Assembly (NCBI GenBank): GCA_030141605.1
Contig: JAQGDQ010000034.1
Span: 310,001 to 374,000 of the forward strand
DNA: 64,000 bases
Origin: Tubiluchus corallicola
Taxonomy: Eukaryota; Animalia; Priapulida
Direction: 5' to 3'
Position 1 is the stretch's first letter. Each line of letters opens with the position of its first letter. The notes beneath the pieces were generated by a model. The model was given only the letters and a program-made list of their open reading frames with translations. It was not told the origin of the DNA and made no database searches. The position numbers and the translations under genes are program-made. Positions 1 to 14,329 of this stretch are shown one piece after another.

Positions 1-250
1 AAAAATTTTATGAGTAAAGTTGATGATAATTGAGTGAGTTACGACAATCAGTGTTAATTTAAAGCCAATAAACTTTTATCCTCCTGAGTGTAGGCGTAAT
101 GTTTTATCACTTACTTATGAACATTTATATGATTGCATAAAATACGACTTGATTACCATACCACGATAATAGCTCACATTAATCGTAGTTAAAACGCAGC
201 GCATAACCAATTGGCATGGGATTATAGCGAACATGTAGGAGTAGAGCAAT

Positions 251-641
251 GCAGTTCCAGCGATTGACGATGATCGAGAAGAGGTCAAATATTAAGTGCA
301 CCAGACAACGCATTTGTGTACATTTGACAACGCCTCTTAGTCCATGCTATTGTAACAGTAATATTTTTAACATGTTTTAACAGCCAGCTAGAACCTTGCC
401 TACTTCATTTTTTCTTGTTCCAAAGCAAGATCCTGCTAGTAAATCACTCTACGCACAGACTAATGCATAATTAAGTAAAGTCTGGGTGAAACAACTGACG
501 TTACTGAACTAACGCGGCAGATGGCTTTGCTATACCCGCACCACACGTGACGGTTGTAGTTAAGATGCGTTGCTCTGGCACACTTAACCTTTGATCTACA
601 GCAACTACGCGTGCGCATAGTGAAATTGCGAAAAGACTTAT
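251..641 (+). mobile_element. MITE family A, copy 1 (left TIR eroded)
   Basis: Aligns with 43204-43374 (same strand) and with the reverse complement of 58812-59198; right end GCGAAAAGACTTAT matches the family TIR. Confidence 0.75.
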
Positions 642-1106
642 TGAAGGAACAGGTGCAGTTTATGTAAACTTTCGATGCCTTAAATTTCAGTGGCAAATCT
701 GCTAAATGGGCTAAATTTGGAACAATTGTATCCATTTTTCTTTTTGTATGTTGTGCGAGTGTGTAATGATAAGGACAATATTGCGTTCGTTTTTATACTA
801 ATTCACTAACAATAAGTCAATGTATTGTTTGGGCTAAACATATGAGAATAAATGGTAAATAAACAAATAAATAAATGGATAAATAAATAAGCCGAAATAG
901 AAGAAAAAAACCTCTTTGAGCTGTTGGGTCGGATGCGCTTCCCTTTGCTTTTATAGACATACACGTAAGGAACCCCATTGAGGTAGAATACGATATTAAT
1001 GAGCCCTGATACAGTCTTCCACAAGAAACTTCAGAGCCGATTTCAGAAGTAACGTCGGTAAGTACTAAATAAACCTGCAGTAGCTACAATGCACATGCGC
1101 AGACGG

Positions 1107-1416
<310 letters not shown>

Positions 1417-2834
1417 TTGTACACGAACGGCCTGCCCAAGCCTGCCGTCACTTGGCTTGTAGCCAAGCAGACCCTTAAACATTATGTATCGTGTAATTAG
1501 CGGCTACTGCTGTTATTTCTATTTGCTTAATTTCCTCAAGTGATTTTTCGTTTATTAAATGTATTTTATTCGTGTGACGTTGTAACACCCACAACTAGGC
1601 AAGAATGAATGATCGAGTGTCGCACGCATTTGAACCTACATAATTAATATACCCAATGGATCTATCGCGCAGCGGACTATTTTTACTGCCACAAATATCT
1701 CTTTTCCGTGTTCATATTACCATAATTAGCGCGTGTTATTCATTTTTATTACGTCTGTCAGGCTAGTTGCAGCAGTAACCTACTACTCGCAGTCACATTT
1801 AATTGCTGTAAATGCATTCTATGTCAAAATGCTGATAAAAACGGAAGCGCAGAGTCAAACAGGGAAAATGTGTATGAAAGATGTAATAAATCTATTCATA
1901 CACAAAAAATTAAAACGGGAAAGAATTAAGTTCTAAAAACATAAAACATAAAAACGCAAATGTCAAAAAACGAATACTAAAACAGAAAGCATGCCAATGT
2001 CAGGCAAAAAATAGATATACACATTGCTTAAACGAAAGCCAGACAATCTGCAGCTTAACTACAGCTCAAAGCGATCTAATGTGTAAAATATTGAAAAGGA
2101 ACATGCTATTTTTTCTAGAGCGACACGCGAAAGAATTATTACCACAGAAATTTAGTTTTGCTGTCGCGCCACCAGTTTTTCGCTGCTACATGTATTTCCC
2201 CATTCTCTTGTTTGATCATCACTAGCACGTGCGTTGATGAAACGCGTTGCACGAAAAACAGATGCTGTACCTCTCAGTTCAGAAGCGTTAAGTTGTAAAG
2301 TAGTACACACGTCCGAGATCTCATGTGAGCAGAGCGGTAAACTTAAAAATTGTCGAGTTTTTGTTCATCTTACTGGATGTTGTGCAGTAGTATTGTACTT
2401 TCATTTTCGCTTTGCAAGCACGTGCGACATGATCATGGAATGTTTGTGTTGTTGAAAATTATGTTCAACTGTGATGTCATCAATAGTTGGGTTCAACCGT
2501 AACATCTGTAACCTATTTTTTAATTATCATAAACGCTTCGACATCACTAATAGGTGTTAAAATATATACTTTTATCCTACTTCAAAACTGATCAATCATC
2601 TTGTTTTCATTCAATATGGCTGACCTGAAAGCAACTGGAATTAAGCATAAGCATTCTCGTGGTTTTAAGAATTTATATAAGGATGAACACTTTCTCGAAT
2701 GTAAATCAATGTTTATGAATAAATGGGGCATCATCCGTTGCAAGATAAATCCAATAGAACCAATAACTAGATGTACGTCAGAGAAGTTTTCCAGTTAAAA
2801 GCGACAAACAGTCGAGTGATCATAGTGTGTGCTG

Positions 2835-2895
2835 AGCGAGCGAAGTTAAGCAAGACTAAGACAAGTCAGTGAATAAATGGGTGATTGTCAGACCT
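2835..2895 (+). mobile_element. 5S rRNA-derived (SINE3-like) fragment
   Basis: GCGAAGTTAAGCAAG...GTCAGTGAATAAATGGGTGATTG resembles the 5S box A / intermediate element / box C layout; degenerate. Confidence 0.4.
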
Positions 2896-3512
2896 AGTAC
2901 TCGCTTCGGGCATGCCAAATGTATTCATATTACAACGTGTCTAAGAAAGGCAACTCTCCCAGTCCTGCGTATGTTTAGCTTTGATAGTGAACTATGTTCC
3001 ATTCCCGCCACAATCGTCGACATCATTAGACGCTACTACTGAGTGCTTAATTTCGTTTCTCAGTATACAAATTGTACGAAAAAACGCAGCAAAACCCAAA
3101 AGAACTGAACAGTAGATAAAGTGACAACGTTGTAGAGATATGCGAACTTAAAAGCGATTATTGCCACTCTAAGACGTCCGTTTGCTCGCCACAGTATTCA
3201 TACTGTCACGCGATATCTACATCAGTCTGAATTTGATTCTAACAGATGCCCACAATGACACTGCCATCGAATGATAGATGTGACTATTATTTTGTTAGTG
3301 TCGACAGGGGATAAAAAGTCATGGCAATTATCAACAACCAGATAATATGTAGGAGCGGATCAGGAAGTAATAAGTTTTAATAGAGTATCAAATACTGCAA
3401 CTATAATGTAAAAAATCTGAGCAACAGCATTACATGTTTGCAACATAATAGATTAGATTAAGTTACATGATAAAGCTCCATTTTTACATACACATATACA
3501 TATACATATAAG

Positions 3513-3878
3513 TAGGGAGTAGACTCGTTTCCTAGAAGATTTTTCCGGGAAAGTTTTTGGCCAGAACAAAATTTTTCAGGACAAAAAACTTCACATAAAA
3601 CTTTTTTGTGATTAAAATTTACTTCCCAGAAAAAAATCCCAGAACAGCCATTTTCCAGAATTTTTTCCCAGAACTGCCAATTCCCGGAAAATGTAATTAA
3701 TCCTTTTTAAAGCGCAGTTAGATGATGCGAAATGAAAAGTAGTTAATTTTAACTATGTATATTGATTATAACCGATTATATGATAAAAAATTTGGTAAAC
3801 TCGTTAAGGCAAGAAAGTAGAAAATAGGAAAAATATTTTCTGTGAAAAAAGTTTTCTGGGAAACGTATCAGAACCCTA
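3513..3878. mobile_element. MITE with imperfect TIRs and TTCCCAGAA subterminal repeats
   Basis: TAGGG..CGTTTCCTAGAA at left vs TTCTGGGAAACG..CCCTA at right; several internal TTCCCAGAA-like units. Confidence 0.6.
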
Positions 3879-6800
3879 AACAGCTTTACAGCTTTTGTTT
3901 AATATTAATATCAGTACCAGGTGCGATTACGATATACGTCTACTAGATTTGAATCTACAATGAATATTATACAAAAATTAATCTTCCCTCATCATAAGTA
4001 TTACTGTTATTATACTCTTTAGTTTTGCTTGTAAGTCGCCATATGAAATTGACTAATTCAGTTTAAATTAATCCTAATTTCGTTATACAAATAATCATTA
4101 TGTCTTGTTGCATTTTATAATTATAATAGTTCCATAATTCTTCTACAGGCCCCCATGAACTAATTATACCATCTACTATGTAATTGGAATGTGTAAATGA
4201 CCACTTGGTTCTACACTCCCCTCACACTAAATTTGCTCATTGATAAAATTACTTTTGTAATTTATCTGTGTTTTAGTATCAAGAGTGAAATAAAATGGCG
4301 TACTTCATAGTTCATAGTTCATAAACTAAGAAATTATTTAATTAATTGTAAAGATCGACAATTTTTTAAACGCAAAAACAATGATCTGTACAGTTAAAGT
4401 ATACCTGTCCTAGTTTGGTTGTATCAAGAAAAGCGAAAGACGAGTTGGATATTTGCAAAGGAAAACCATTTTTTCACATTTACTTTTGTTTCTTTCTTAA
4501 ACGCAGCCATATAGTGCACGACTAATTGATTAGCCACGTAGTCACAACAGATAAATTACAAATTGCAGCTCATTAAAAGGTTAAATTAAGGACTGCTTAA
4601 TTAATCAATCGTTAGTAATTAAAGTGGTAATTTTATGTCAAGGACAAGTTAACTTAACTACGTAGCATTGGCAAAATGGGCGTGGAGGATGGGCGTAGCT
4701 GACAGAAAATGTGCTTATTCTGCACAAGGCTTCGGGTTCAAATCCTAACTATATTAGTCCTTTTCAGCGAATACTTTCCTTTTTCCGGAATTTGCTGATT
4801 GGAAATTTTATATTAAATGAAAGAAAAATTCGCGGATATATTAGACTTTGTTGCACAAACGTTTACCTTATGAAGTGCATAATGCATCGCTCAAGCTTGA
4901 TGAACTAAGCATCTGGAATCTAGTGTTATCGATAACCAAAGTTTATTGGACTAAGCGCTTATGCATATTGACTTTATTCTCGCACCATGCTGATTTTCGC
5001 AGAACTCAAATCTAGTGTAATTTATTTACTATAACATGGGCCCAGTAACCTATATGAATTCATGATTATAGGAATGATTGTCAAAACAAGTTAGCAAATG
5101 AAGTGAACTCAGAACCGGGGGAGGGAAATAAGAAAAACAAAGCTAACCAAGTCTGCATAACCTGCGCGTTGTTGGAAACGCTTGCAAAATAACTTGTAAG
5201 GTAAAAAAATATGAACCCAACAGCATCGGCAAATCAAACATAGCAAACACTGTTTGGTAATCTCAGGGCTTTCATTGCCTGAAAATAATGAAAATTGTAA
5301 TAATTCTAACGTAAAATTAATGTAAGCTCTGACACAAACACCTACCCCTAACTAAAAGCCGACCCTAACTTAAAAAGGGAGCGTTAAAGCATTCGAAAGC
5401 TTCATAGTTGTTTTCATCAAATAATGTAGAATGTTTACTACGCTTTTCGGAAACTACGGTAAACGCTACATTAATTCCAAAATCTGTCTTGTTGAAAACT
5501 TCCTGTTTGATTTGTTTCACAACATAGTCACACAGGGTAGTTCGACTTTTTACTAGTTCAAATCTCTATAGCCTAGCAAGGTTTAGAGTAAATTGTTAAA
5601 ATTACCGTTTTTACAGCTGCAAGTTTCTTTTGAAGTGATTGCTGTATTGGTTTCTCTGCCATTTTTCCAACAGAAGATTTAAACAGAAATAAATTCGATT
5701 TCTCGCACTATAAAATCAATCTATACCTAACTCGTAGTACCAGCACAAACCCACCACACAGTTACCGCATGAGCGACAAGGAAATCCTTTTCAAAGACAG
5801 GTTACTATTACAGATTCACAGGAACTAATCCGGAAATATTAGAATTTACGTACAGAAAGCATGGTATATGCACATGCATGGCTTCTTCCAATTGAATACT
5901 GTACCTACTATGCCAGATTACCTGTTATTCTGTAACTAAGTGTGAAAATAAAGAAAGAGTGACAACGTAATTGAGACGCCTTCCTACCAGCTTAGAAAAC
6001 AGTGAAACTATAGCCGGTACCACTCGATATAAACAAGTTCATGCCTATTCTTAAGAATTCTTTTTTGTTTTTTCAGTTTTATTTGTTGTGCTACGTTCTT
6101 GATCTTGTACGTCAGACGTACTATTAGTCGCATAGAAAATTTTAGCTGTTAGCGTAGAGTTTAAAGAATTCTGAAATTGGTTTTTTAGTAGTTGTTGACG
6201 TCATGACATAATTTTATCGGTTATTATTGAAGGTGAGAGTGGAGGACTGAACCACAATGATTTTTATACCACAGAGACGACGTTTTTGTCTTTGCAATTC
6301 TTTGTTTATTTATCGTGGTTACTTCAGTTTAGTTTATTACAAGAATGCAAGAAATTATTTAAGGTAGGGCCATTCAGTTCAGTTCTGTTCTGCACATTAC
6401 AAATATAAAAGATATGATAGGGTCAGCAAATAAAAATACACTGATGCAGGCTCCACGGTTCTGTTTATTATAAATTGTATAAGATAAGGGGGCAGCAAGG
6501 GAAACGCACTGGTGCAACATAAAACACACGAGCTATGCACTTTAGCACTTTTAGCACTTTGTCTAACATAAGCTGCTGTATTGTTGATCGGGTCTTTTAA
6601 AAAATTAGGTAAGCTGCAGAAGTTTGAAGCACTTTAAGCAGCGGGCACTTACCGAACGCCACGATTCGCTTGCGATGTCCTGAAGTCATGAAGTCCACCA
6701 GTTACGTAATAATTTTCAAGTGACGCGCCCGAAAATTTTTAAACAGCGCTAATATAAACTAACTTTATGCTTTATAAATAATTGTTTTTAGCAAATGTCT

Positions 6801-8829
6801 TTGTTATCTTTGTAAATTTAAGCGACAATAGTAAAATAAACCCCATAATGCTAAAAGACTAATCTTTTCTTTTTCCCAAGGTTACTAATAGGATAAGTGA
6901 GCAAGAAAATCGCCTCTGAGTGCCTTCAACGGGGATATTGCCAACTATTTTTCTTGTTCAGAAAAGGATGCGGAGTGCACACACGGTGTTACACACGACT
7001 TTATCGGCAACTATGGAAGCACTTGCGACAAATTAATGATGAAAAAAATTTAATTCACTTATTTTATAGATGTGTACAGATACAGATTATTTTACAGATA
7101 CTATACACACTTATAATGTAAGTTCAGACCAAGGAGATCCTTGTGTGTTACAGTTACTTAGCCACAAATGGCATATCGAACGAACTGCTTTGGTCTCCTA
7201 TGAGCTAACAGTCTATCCAATGTCCATACATTGTAGATAGATATATAAATCCAGAATTAACTAGACAGAACAATGTCATTGATGCTGGCAGAGCGTCGCC
7301 ATCATCGACCTCGCTGTCGTCGCTGTTTCGTGACGCATGGTTTTGCACAACATTTTAATATGTAAAACTTGCCGCGTTAACGTTTAGTGTACATTCCTTA
7401 AAGAGACGCAATTATAAGAGAAGAAGACCTTGAAGTGAATTTTCAGGGAGATTTTAATGAGAAACGAAACTGAAACTGCAATTATGCGAACGTGACGACA
7501 GCAGTACGATGTTGTGAAAAATCTGAATATGAAACTTTAATGCCAGGTTATTACATCAGAAAGGCGCAAACTGGATTTCTTGAGTTTTCACAATGTGCAA
7601 CATCTGCCCATAAAACAGTTGCTCAGTAGGCAAATTAAAGTAAGAAAACTGAAAATATACCCACTTATACAGATATTTATAAAGAATTTATATTAAAGCA
7701 ACACAACTTTTATTAAAACATTAATTTACTACTGTTATAACTGGTTGTTTATTTGTATAAGTTTGTCAGTAATGATGACTGCAGTAGGCAGTGTAAACGT
7801 TTGGAGGCAAGTTTTAATTAAAGTTGTGTTGTTTTAATATAAATACTCACTCATATATTATTAAAAAATGATGTTAACCCACAATAAATTAAATTTTGAT
7901 ACCAAACTTCAACAACGGAAAATGTTAAAAATTTGTTGTACAGCCTGGTTTTGAAACGCGAACGTTCTGCTTTCATTGAAGACACTAAAACGCGTTTCGA
8001 AGTGACCATTGTAATCCAAAGTTCATCTATTATGGCTGGTCAACCAAATTCAGCATTTCTAGTTTTAGATTGCTCACACTATGACAATCCTCACACATCT
8101 CTATACATTATTTTTATATTGATCAATTTGAACCAAAAACTTCCGTGTGTGGTTAATCAGTAATAAAACAATCTTGTGATAGATTTGAGGGAATTAAAAC
8201 CAAGCAGGTCAATCATTTGAGCTGAAAACTCGTTGTCTGAAACAATATGGAAACTTCGAAATTTATCTAATTGAAAAGCCACAGTCTCCATTCCACTTAT
8301 TAACAAAGAAGTAAAGCACTTAATTTACGTTTCGTCCTTTTCAAGGAATATAGGTCAAACTGTAAAGTGAATATGAAAAAATCGCAACCGTTGAAAATTT
8401 TAGCCAAATTTAAATTCAAACATCTGTTCGAAACAAAAATATTTGAACTAAATTTGCCTATACTTCAACCACCAGAAGAGATAAACGGTGCAACAAACGA
8501 AAAAATATCCTACTTCTGACACCAATGTGCACAGAGAGAGCCACGAGCATCTATTGGGTAACAGAGCTGGGAAACATTTTATCTTCAAGAAGTTTGAATC
8601 ATTATAACAAAAAGTGAACATAATCATTCATGTTTTACAGGAGTTAATGTATCTAAAATGACTTAAAATGCTAAGACGCTGTAGTATGGTATTTTCTATA
8701 TTGTTTTAATATAATTACCACAGTTTACACAAATTATTTGAAATAAAAACGACAATATTTAGCAATTACGTCGCAATGCACAATGACATTGCAATAATTA
8801 AGTCTGCTAGAGATGTAGAACAGTCTAAC

Positions 8830-8978
8830 GGCGCGTTTACACGTACAGACTTCTCTCGCAACTTGTTGCGCAACTTCTCTGTGAGAGTAGAGTCGTAACA
8901 TGTGGACGGTTTGGCAATTTCTCTCAGAGAGAAGTTGCGCAATAAGTTGGGAGAGAAGTCTTAACGTCTGAACGCGCC
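8830..8978. mobile_element. Fold-back MITE with about 55 bp TIRs (PIF/Harbinger-like)
   Basis: GGCGCGTTTACACGTACAGACTTCTCTCGCAACTTGTTGCGCAACTTCTCT is mirrored at the right end; flanked by TAA/TTA-type sequence. Confidence 0.85.
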
Positions 8979-8983
8979 ATTAA

Positions 8984-9535
8984 GTGGCGTTTTACCTAGC
9001 ATCGGAATGCGTATGCGTTATGCAGATGCGGAATTGGTGAATCAGTTTCAGTTGTTCTCAATGTACCCGTTTATCAGACCTGCGTTATGCGTTATTTTTT
9101 TCTACAGCTATTTCCTATTGATTTTTTACACTCATTGTTTAAAACAAAGTTTCTACATTGTTTTAAACAATGAGTTTTCTCTCAAATGATTGATCTGCCT
9201 GATTTTAATGCCATCAAGTCTATCACTAGAATGGATGACGTCTAACGCTTCCAGTAGTTTCTATCGGATATGAAATGCATCATTCTTAAATATTCGTACA
9301 TTAATATTTTCTAACCATCATTTTCTACTAATGTCTAATGTAATCTTGTAGTAAAACTTGTCAGCTTGTGTAGTTATAGTCTATTCTTACTGTAAATGTT
9401 TTTGTAAATAGTGTATAAAGTCTGTTGTAGTGAGGATCCTAAATCATGTTGTTCAAACTATTTGATCCAATCCTATAATAAATTACGTTTAAACTAAACT
9501 AAACTAACGCTTTCCAGATGCCAGGTAAACGCCAC
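8984..9535. mobile_element. MITE flanked by TTAA on both sides
   Basis: TIR GTGGCGTTTTACCTAGCATCGGAA / TTCCAGATGCCAGGTAAACGCCAC; TTAA at 8980-8983 and 9536-9539. Confidence 0.8.
9255..9503 (+). mobile_element. 5'-truncated LINE/SINE 3' end nested in the MITE
   Basis: Flanked by direct repeat CTAACGCTT(T)CCAG (9242-9254, 9504-9517); ends in AATAAA and an (AAACT)n tail. Confidence 0.65.
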
Positions 9536-10299
9536 TTAACGCCGATAAAGCCCTGAATATGCAGAATGTGGAATTAAGGGAAAAGAGAGAACATGTGCAG
9601 TTTTTACCTTAATCTGCTGAAATCGTGTAGACAACTGATCACGTCTGCTGGGTGAATGGGTGCAAATTTGTGCAGACAAAAAGCTAAAAAGCCACTGCTT
9701 GTTGATTGCATAGTGTGAGACGTATCGCCAGTGATTGCTTTGCAATAAAATCACGCTCAGAAAATTAAAATAGCTTACAAAAAATGGAAACCTTCGAGCG
9801 CCCTAAAACATATTTGTACAGTATTGATATTGCTAATAATCAAAAATGAATAGCAAAAATGATTTCATTTTTTGCAGTTATCTTTTACTGCAGTATATGA
9901 CGCCCACAGTGCAAATATTAATATATTCCATTTCATAAAAGAAAATATTGGACCCAAGAGTAACATACTGCCATAATTTGTTTGCACTTTCAGCTTATTA
10001 AGCTTGTAACTTTTAGTTCACCTATTGTTGAGAAAGAGGTCTGAAAAGGAAATTGTATCGTGAATCTGAATTAAGTTTGTCAGAAGTTATGACTTCATAT
10101 ACTGTTATTGCGTCGCATATACATGGACATAACAGAGTTTCATAAAATCCAACTAAAATATTAATTCCGATTACAAGGCCCCGAAGGTCGTGACGCAACT
10201 ACGACGTTATTACAAAAACTTTCAGTGAAGTAATTCGGTTTTATTCGGTGAAGTAAAGTCTTTGCATAAAACCTGCAAAAGGCGAAATGAATAAATAAC

Positions 10300-10550
10300 T
10301 GGCCACGCCGTATGCTTAATTAACAGTCACTAAGAACTGAGATTTGTGTTGAACCTAGTTAGTTACACTGTTCAGTTACTGCTTAGTAAATGGATGGGTG
10401 ACCAGGCGCTTTCATTCGCTATCCTCGCGAGGTTGTTTGCCAGTCAAGAGCTTTAACTGCTTATGTCATGCATGTAAATGATCATCATTAAATAAAATTC
10501 ATCTTTATCTCATTCCATCTTTTCTCTCATCTTGTCTCATCTCATCTTAT
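10300..10550 (+). mobile_element. 5S-derived (SINE3-like) element with (CATCT)n tail
   Basis: TTAGTAAATGGATGGGTGACC resembles 5S box C; ends in AATAAA and degenerate CATCT repeats. Confidence 0.4.
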
Positions 10551-11530
10551 ATTTCTTGAGGAAGAGTGTATTCAAATCCAAACGTGCTAGAGACATTTGT
10601 GCCAGTCCAGTGCCTTTCTTTAGAGGATTGCCATAATGAGCTAGTTCCCAATCCTGCCACACTCTCCATGCTGAGAGTTAAATGCTGGATTGCGGTTTAT
10701 AAGAAAAGAAGAGGTTGCAGCTGTATTCAACAAAAAGAGATCTCATCTTAGGGAGAACAGCAATAATTTCATTATTTTTGCGTTTTTTGCAGGAATTCGC
10801 CTTAACAGTTTTCTCCATACAACAGCGTTAAACAAATGTTAAGATAATGAACTTCCATCTTCAAAAACGCAAAGTTCACCTTTCATTTTCGACAATTGAT
10901 AGATCGCCATTATCTGTTTCTTGAATTTCTAAGTAAACTTGTTATTGATTTTATATAATAGAAAGATTATCTGAAATATTAAAACGTAAATATGGCAGTT
11001 AAGTTGTCAGCTATTTAGTGCTGCAATATTTAAAGAGACATATTTAATGTGGTTATATTTGGTGTTATAAAAATGTTTGAAAACTTCTTTAGTCGTCAGA
11101 TTTTTGGATGCATTTTATTCACTTTTAAAATTCTTTTAATATTTCACAAAAGCGCTTCCAACAGGGAAATTGTATTGTATTTGATACTGAACAATATGAA
11201 AGTGATGCAAAAAAGTTATCATACAAAAGCGCTGGATGAAATATCTAAATGGCTGTGTGAATTGATCAATTCATACTATCAGTACGTTTCCAATAGTGTC
11301 TGTGAGCAAATTTGCGTAAATGTATACGTGCAGTAACAAGAACCTCTAAGATATTCACGTCTAAGAAACTCGAAAAATGAACAGATAAATGAAATCAGTA
11401 ATAAATGTTAACAGATAAACTTTGCAGGTAAACGTATCTCCACCAAAATAGAATTTATTGCCGACCGGTTTTGATCAAAACTGTTCATTATCAAGACATT
11501 TAAACCAAAAAAAACATACCAGAATTTTAA

Positions 11531-11915
11531 CGATGCTTGGCCCGCGCCGCCAGATGAGCTGATTTTGACGGCTCCCTTGGTCGATTCGTTCCACCGTCCT
11601 CGTTTTTCGGAGGCCAAGTAGTCCGGGATTCACTGCCAGGATGGTGCAAACAGGATGATGACATAAAGTCAGACAGAGATTTGATGAAGTAAACTTGTCC
11701 CGTGTACTTCATGCTGGTTGTCTCTACGGAACAGGTGCCATTATGGTAAAAGCACCTGGCCGTTTACCTGCTGAATCAACGAGGTCATTCCATGGCGACG
11801 GTTTTATATCTGGCATTCAACGCCACTATGCAATGGCTTTGTACAGACGAGACCAAACGGGGGGGGGGGGGGTAGGAGTCGAAAATAAATAGCATTTCGC
11901 CCGGTAACAATATGA
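11531..11915. repeat. Dispersed repeat family B, copy 1
   Basis: Shares CCGTTTACCTGCTGAATCAACGAG and flanks with 26589-27180, and ATTCAACGCCACTATGCAATGGCTT with 63471-63590. Confidence 0.8.
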
Positions 11916-13453
11916 AATAACTTCTGTATGCATATTTGTATATACAAATTAACACGTTGTATCTAGACTTTTATAATATGTCAAATGAAAACAAATTTAT
12001 AATTTTCTTTTAGGATCTAATGATACCGAAGTCGTTGCTTTCGTTTTTAAATTTGCATTCGAATGCTTTAACAATAAAAATATAAATTAAAGCACTCATA
12101 ATTCGCATATTTTTTTCACAAAATAGTATCTTTATAATTATCTACTACCTTTAGAATGTCAGCTATCTGTTATCTATCAACAGTAGTAATTGCTTCTATT
12201 CAGGCTTAAATTATCTCATCAGAACCTACTTTAACTTTTGCAATGAATTTTAGTTGTTATTTTAATGTTTTAATATTAATAATTAGTATTTATACATTGA
12301 TAATTAGTATTTTTTGTTATGGCTACCCACACATCTATACTTATGTTTGTTAAAGAACAAGAAAGGGGGCACCTGAAGTAGGTTTCAGAATAATCGTCTT
12401 GAAAATTATACTACTTTATAACAATTTTATGTGTATATCGTACTCGCGTTGAAAGGATTTTTTGCTTTGTTTTCACTTCAAATTTCCCCCGACACTGTTC
12501 CGAAGTCGTAATTACATGTCACTATGCCCAACGTAAATCAGAGGAAGAAAAGGCAACGTTAAATTATGTCCCAAAAAATTTCCATGCAAATCTCTATTAC
12601 TTAGCATTTCGCTTACCTGGTGGAAAGACTTGTGTAACTAGAAATAATAATTTACGATTTTCGTACCAATTGGTAAAATATCGTTAGCTCATCCTCCATG
12701 GTACGCAACTCACTAACCAAAAATGTATTTTTAATCTTACTAACAAGATACAATAAATTAAAATTTTAATTAGTTAGTAATGTGTGTGCTCTGACTTGAA
12801 ACTTCACGCAATGTTATCTAAATTTGTTTCAAACGACCTACCATTAAAATGGCTGGGCCTAACAGTCATCGCGGGAGTTTAAAGTTACAAGGCTTATGCA
12901 ACGTTACTGCCGGCGCGAGCCGTGTTTGCAAAAAGGCAGTACGTAAGAGGTATAAAATTTCAAGACGAATTTTTTTAAGCTTTATATATGTGGAAAGGTT
13001 TCTTGTGCTTTAACCTGCGTTATGTTTTTGTAAGCCAATAAATCTTAAATCTGTGTAGACCTAACAGTGCGCATATGTATCAGGTGGCCCAAAAATGTAC
13101 TTTATCTTCTGTGGTGAGGACCATGATGTAAACTGTTTGATTTCTTTGTTATTTTGCTGCCATGTATTGAGTGCTTTATACTGCAACGTGGTTGTTTTTC
13201 AGTTGATGACGGTAGCTGACATTGTTTTGGTATTTAATTTTTTAACATACAAATTTTTTAGCCGTATGTTAAGAACTACTAAAACTATAAACCTATAACT
13301 TTCTCAGCTAAAAGTTAACGTATAGCAAATGCTATGAAATTTCAACTTGTGTTACTTGCTTCTAATATTTTTACAGCCCAAATTTCGGCACATTTTTGGG
13401 CGTCACCTGATATATTAGTTAGTTGAAGAGCTTAGCAAGTAATGTGCTCAAAA

Positions 13454-13563
13454 CGACGACAATGACGACGACGACGACAACAACAACAACAACAACAACC
13501 ACAACGCAGCCAAAGCAACAGCGACAGCAACAGCAGCAGCAACAACAACAACAGCAACAACAG
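13454..13563. repeat. Mixed (ACG)/(ACA)/(GCA) trinucleotide tract
   Basis: Directly visible. Confidence 0.9.
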
Positions 13564-14329
13564 TAACTTATTTGCGGGTCATTGTGGCTAAAAGCCAGAC
13601 TAAGCAACACACAAAGTTGTATAATGACTCGATTCATTAGAAATTGTCAGCTGTAATATTCATAAACTCCCCATTGGTAAGTCACAAAGTACCAATTAAT
13701 CAAGTGCCTGTTAATTACAGCGTCCCCATGAGCTAAATACCATGAAATAACGATAAAGCCTTCTATATTAACAGCTCTAAATGCTGCATAATACTGATCT
13801 TATAAGTGAGTGAAGCCAAAACCTGGAGTTACACACATTAACTGACACGCGCTTAGACCAGGTGGGTACATGCGCATGCTATATAAAATGTCAATAGAGT
13901 AGAATTTGTATCCTTTTCTGTGCACACGGTGGAAGGTAACACGTATAGAAAGGGATAATTGGAAACAGCAAAAGAGGTACCAACTTTAGTTTTTTTTGTA
14001 CTAGTGTAAGAGGGTTAATAAAATGGTTATGTAAAATAAGACTACTTATATGAGCTGAGAATAGGTAATTATTGTTTTCGTATGAATTAAATTAGTCATA
14101 ACTTCTAATTAAATGACGTTGTCAGTGGAAAAAACCAGAAATTATAGAAAAAAGTCGTTATTGTCAAAGATTTCACTTGAAGTTTTCTAGTGTTCGCACG
14201 ATCAGAATATTGTTTTAGTTTTGTGAAGCTTAGCAACTACAAGACGCCCGTCATTGGCTGATTTTCTGATTCGTCTCAAATGTGTCTGTTCATTCAAACT
14301 TTCGTCTGCCAACTTTCATCGTTAACGAA

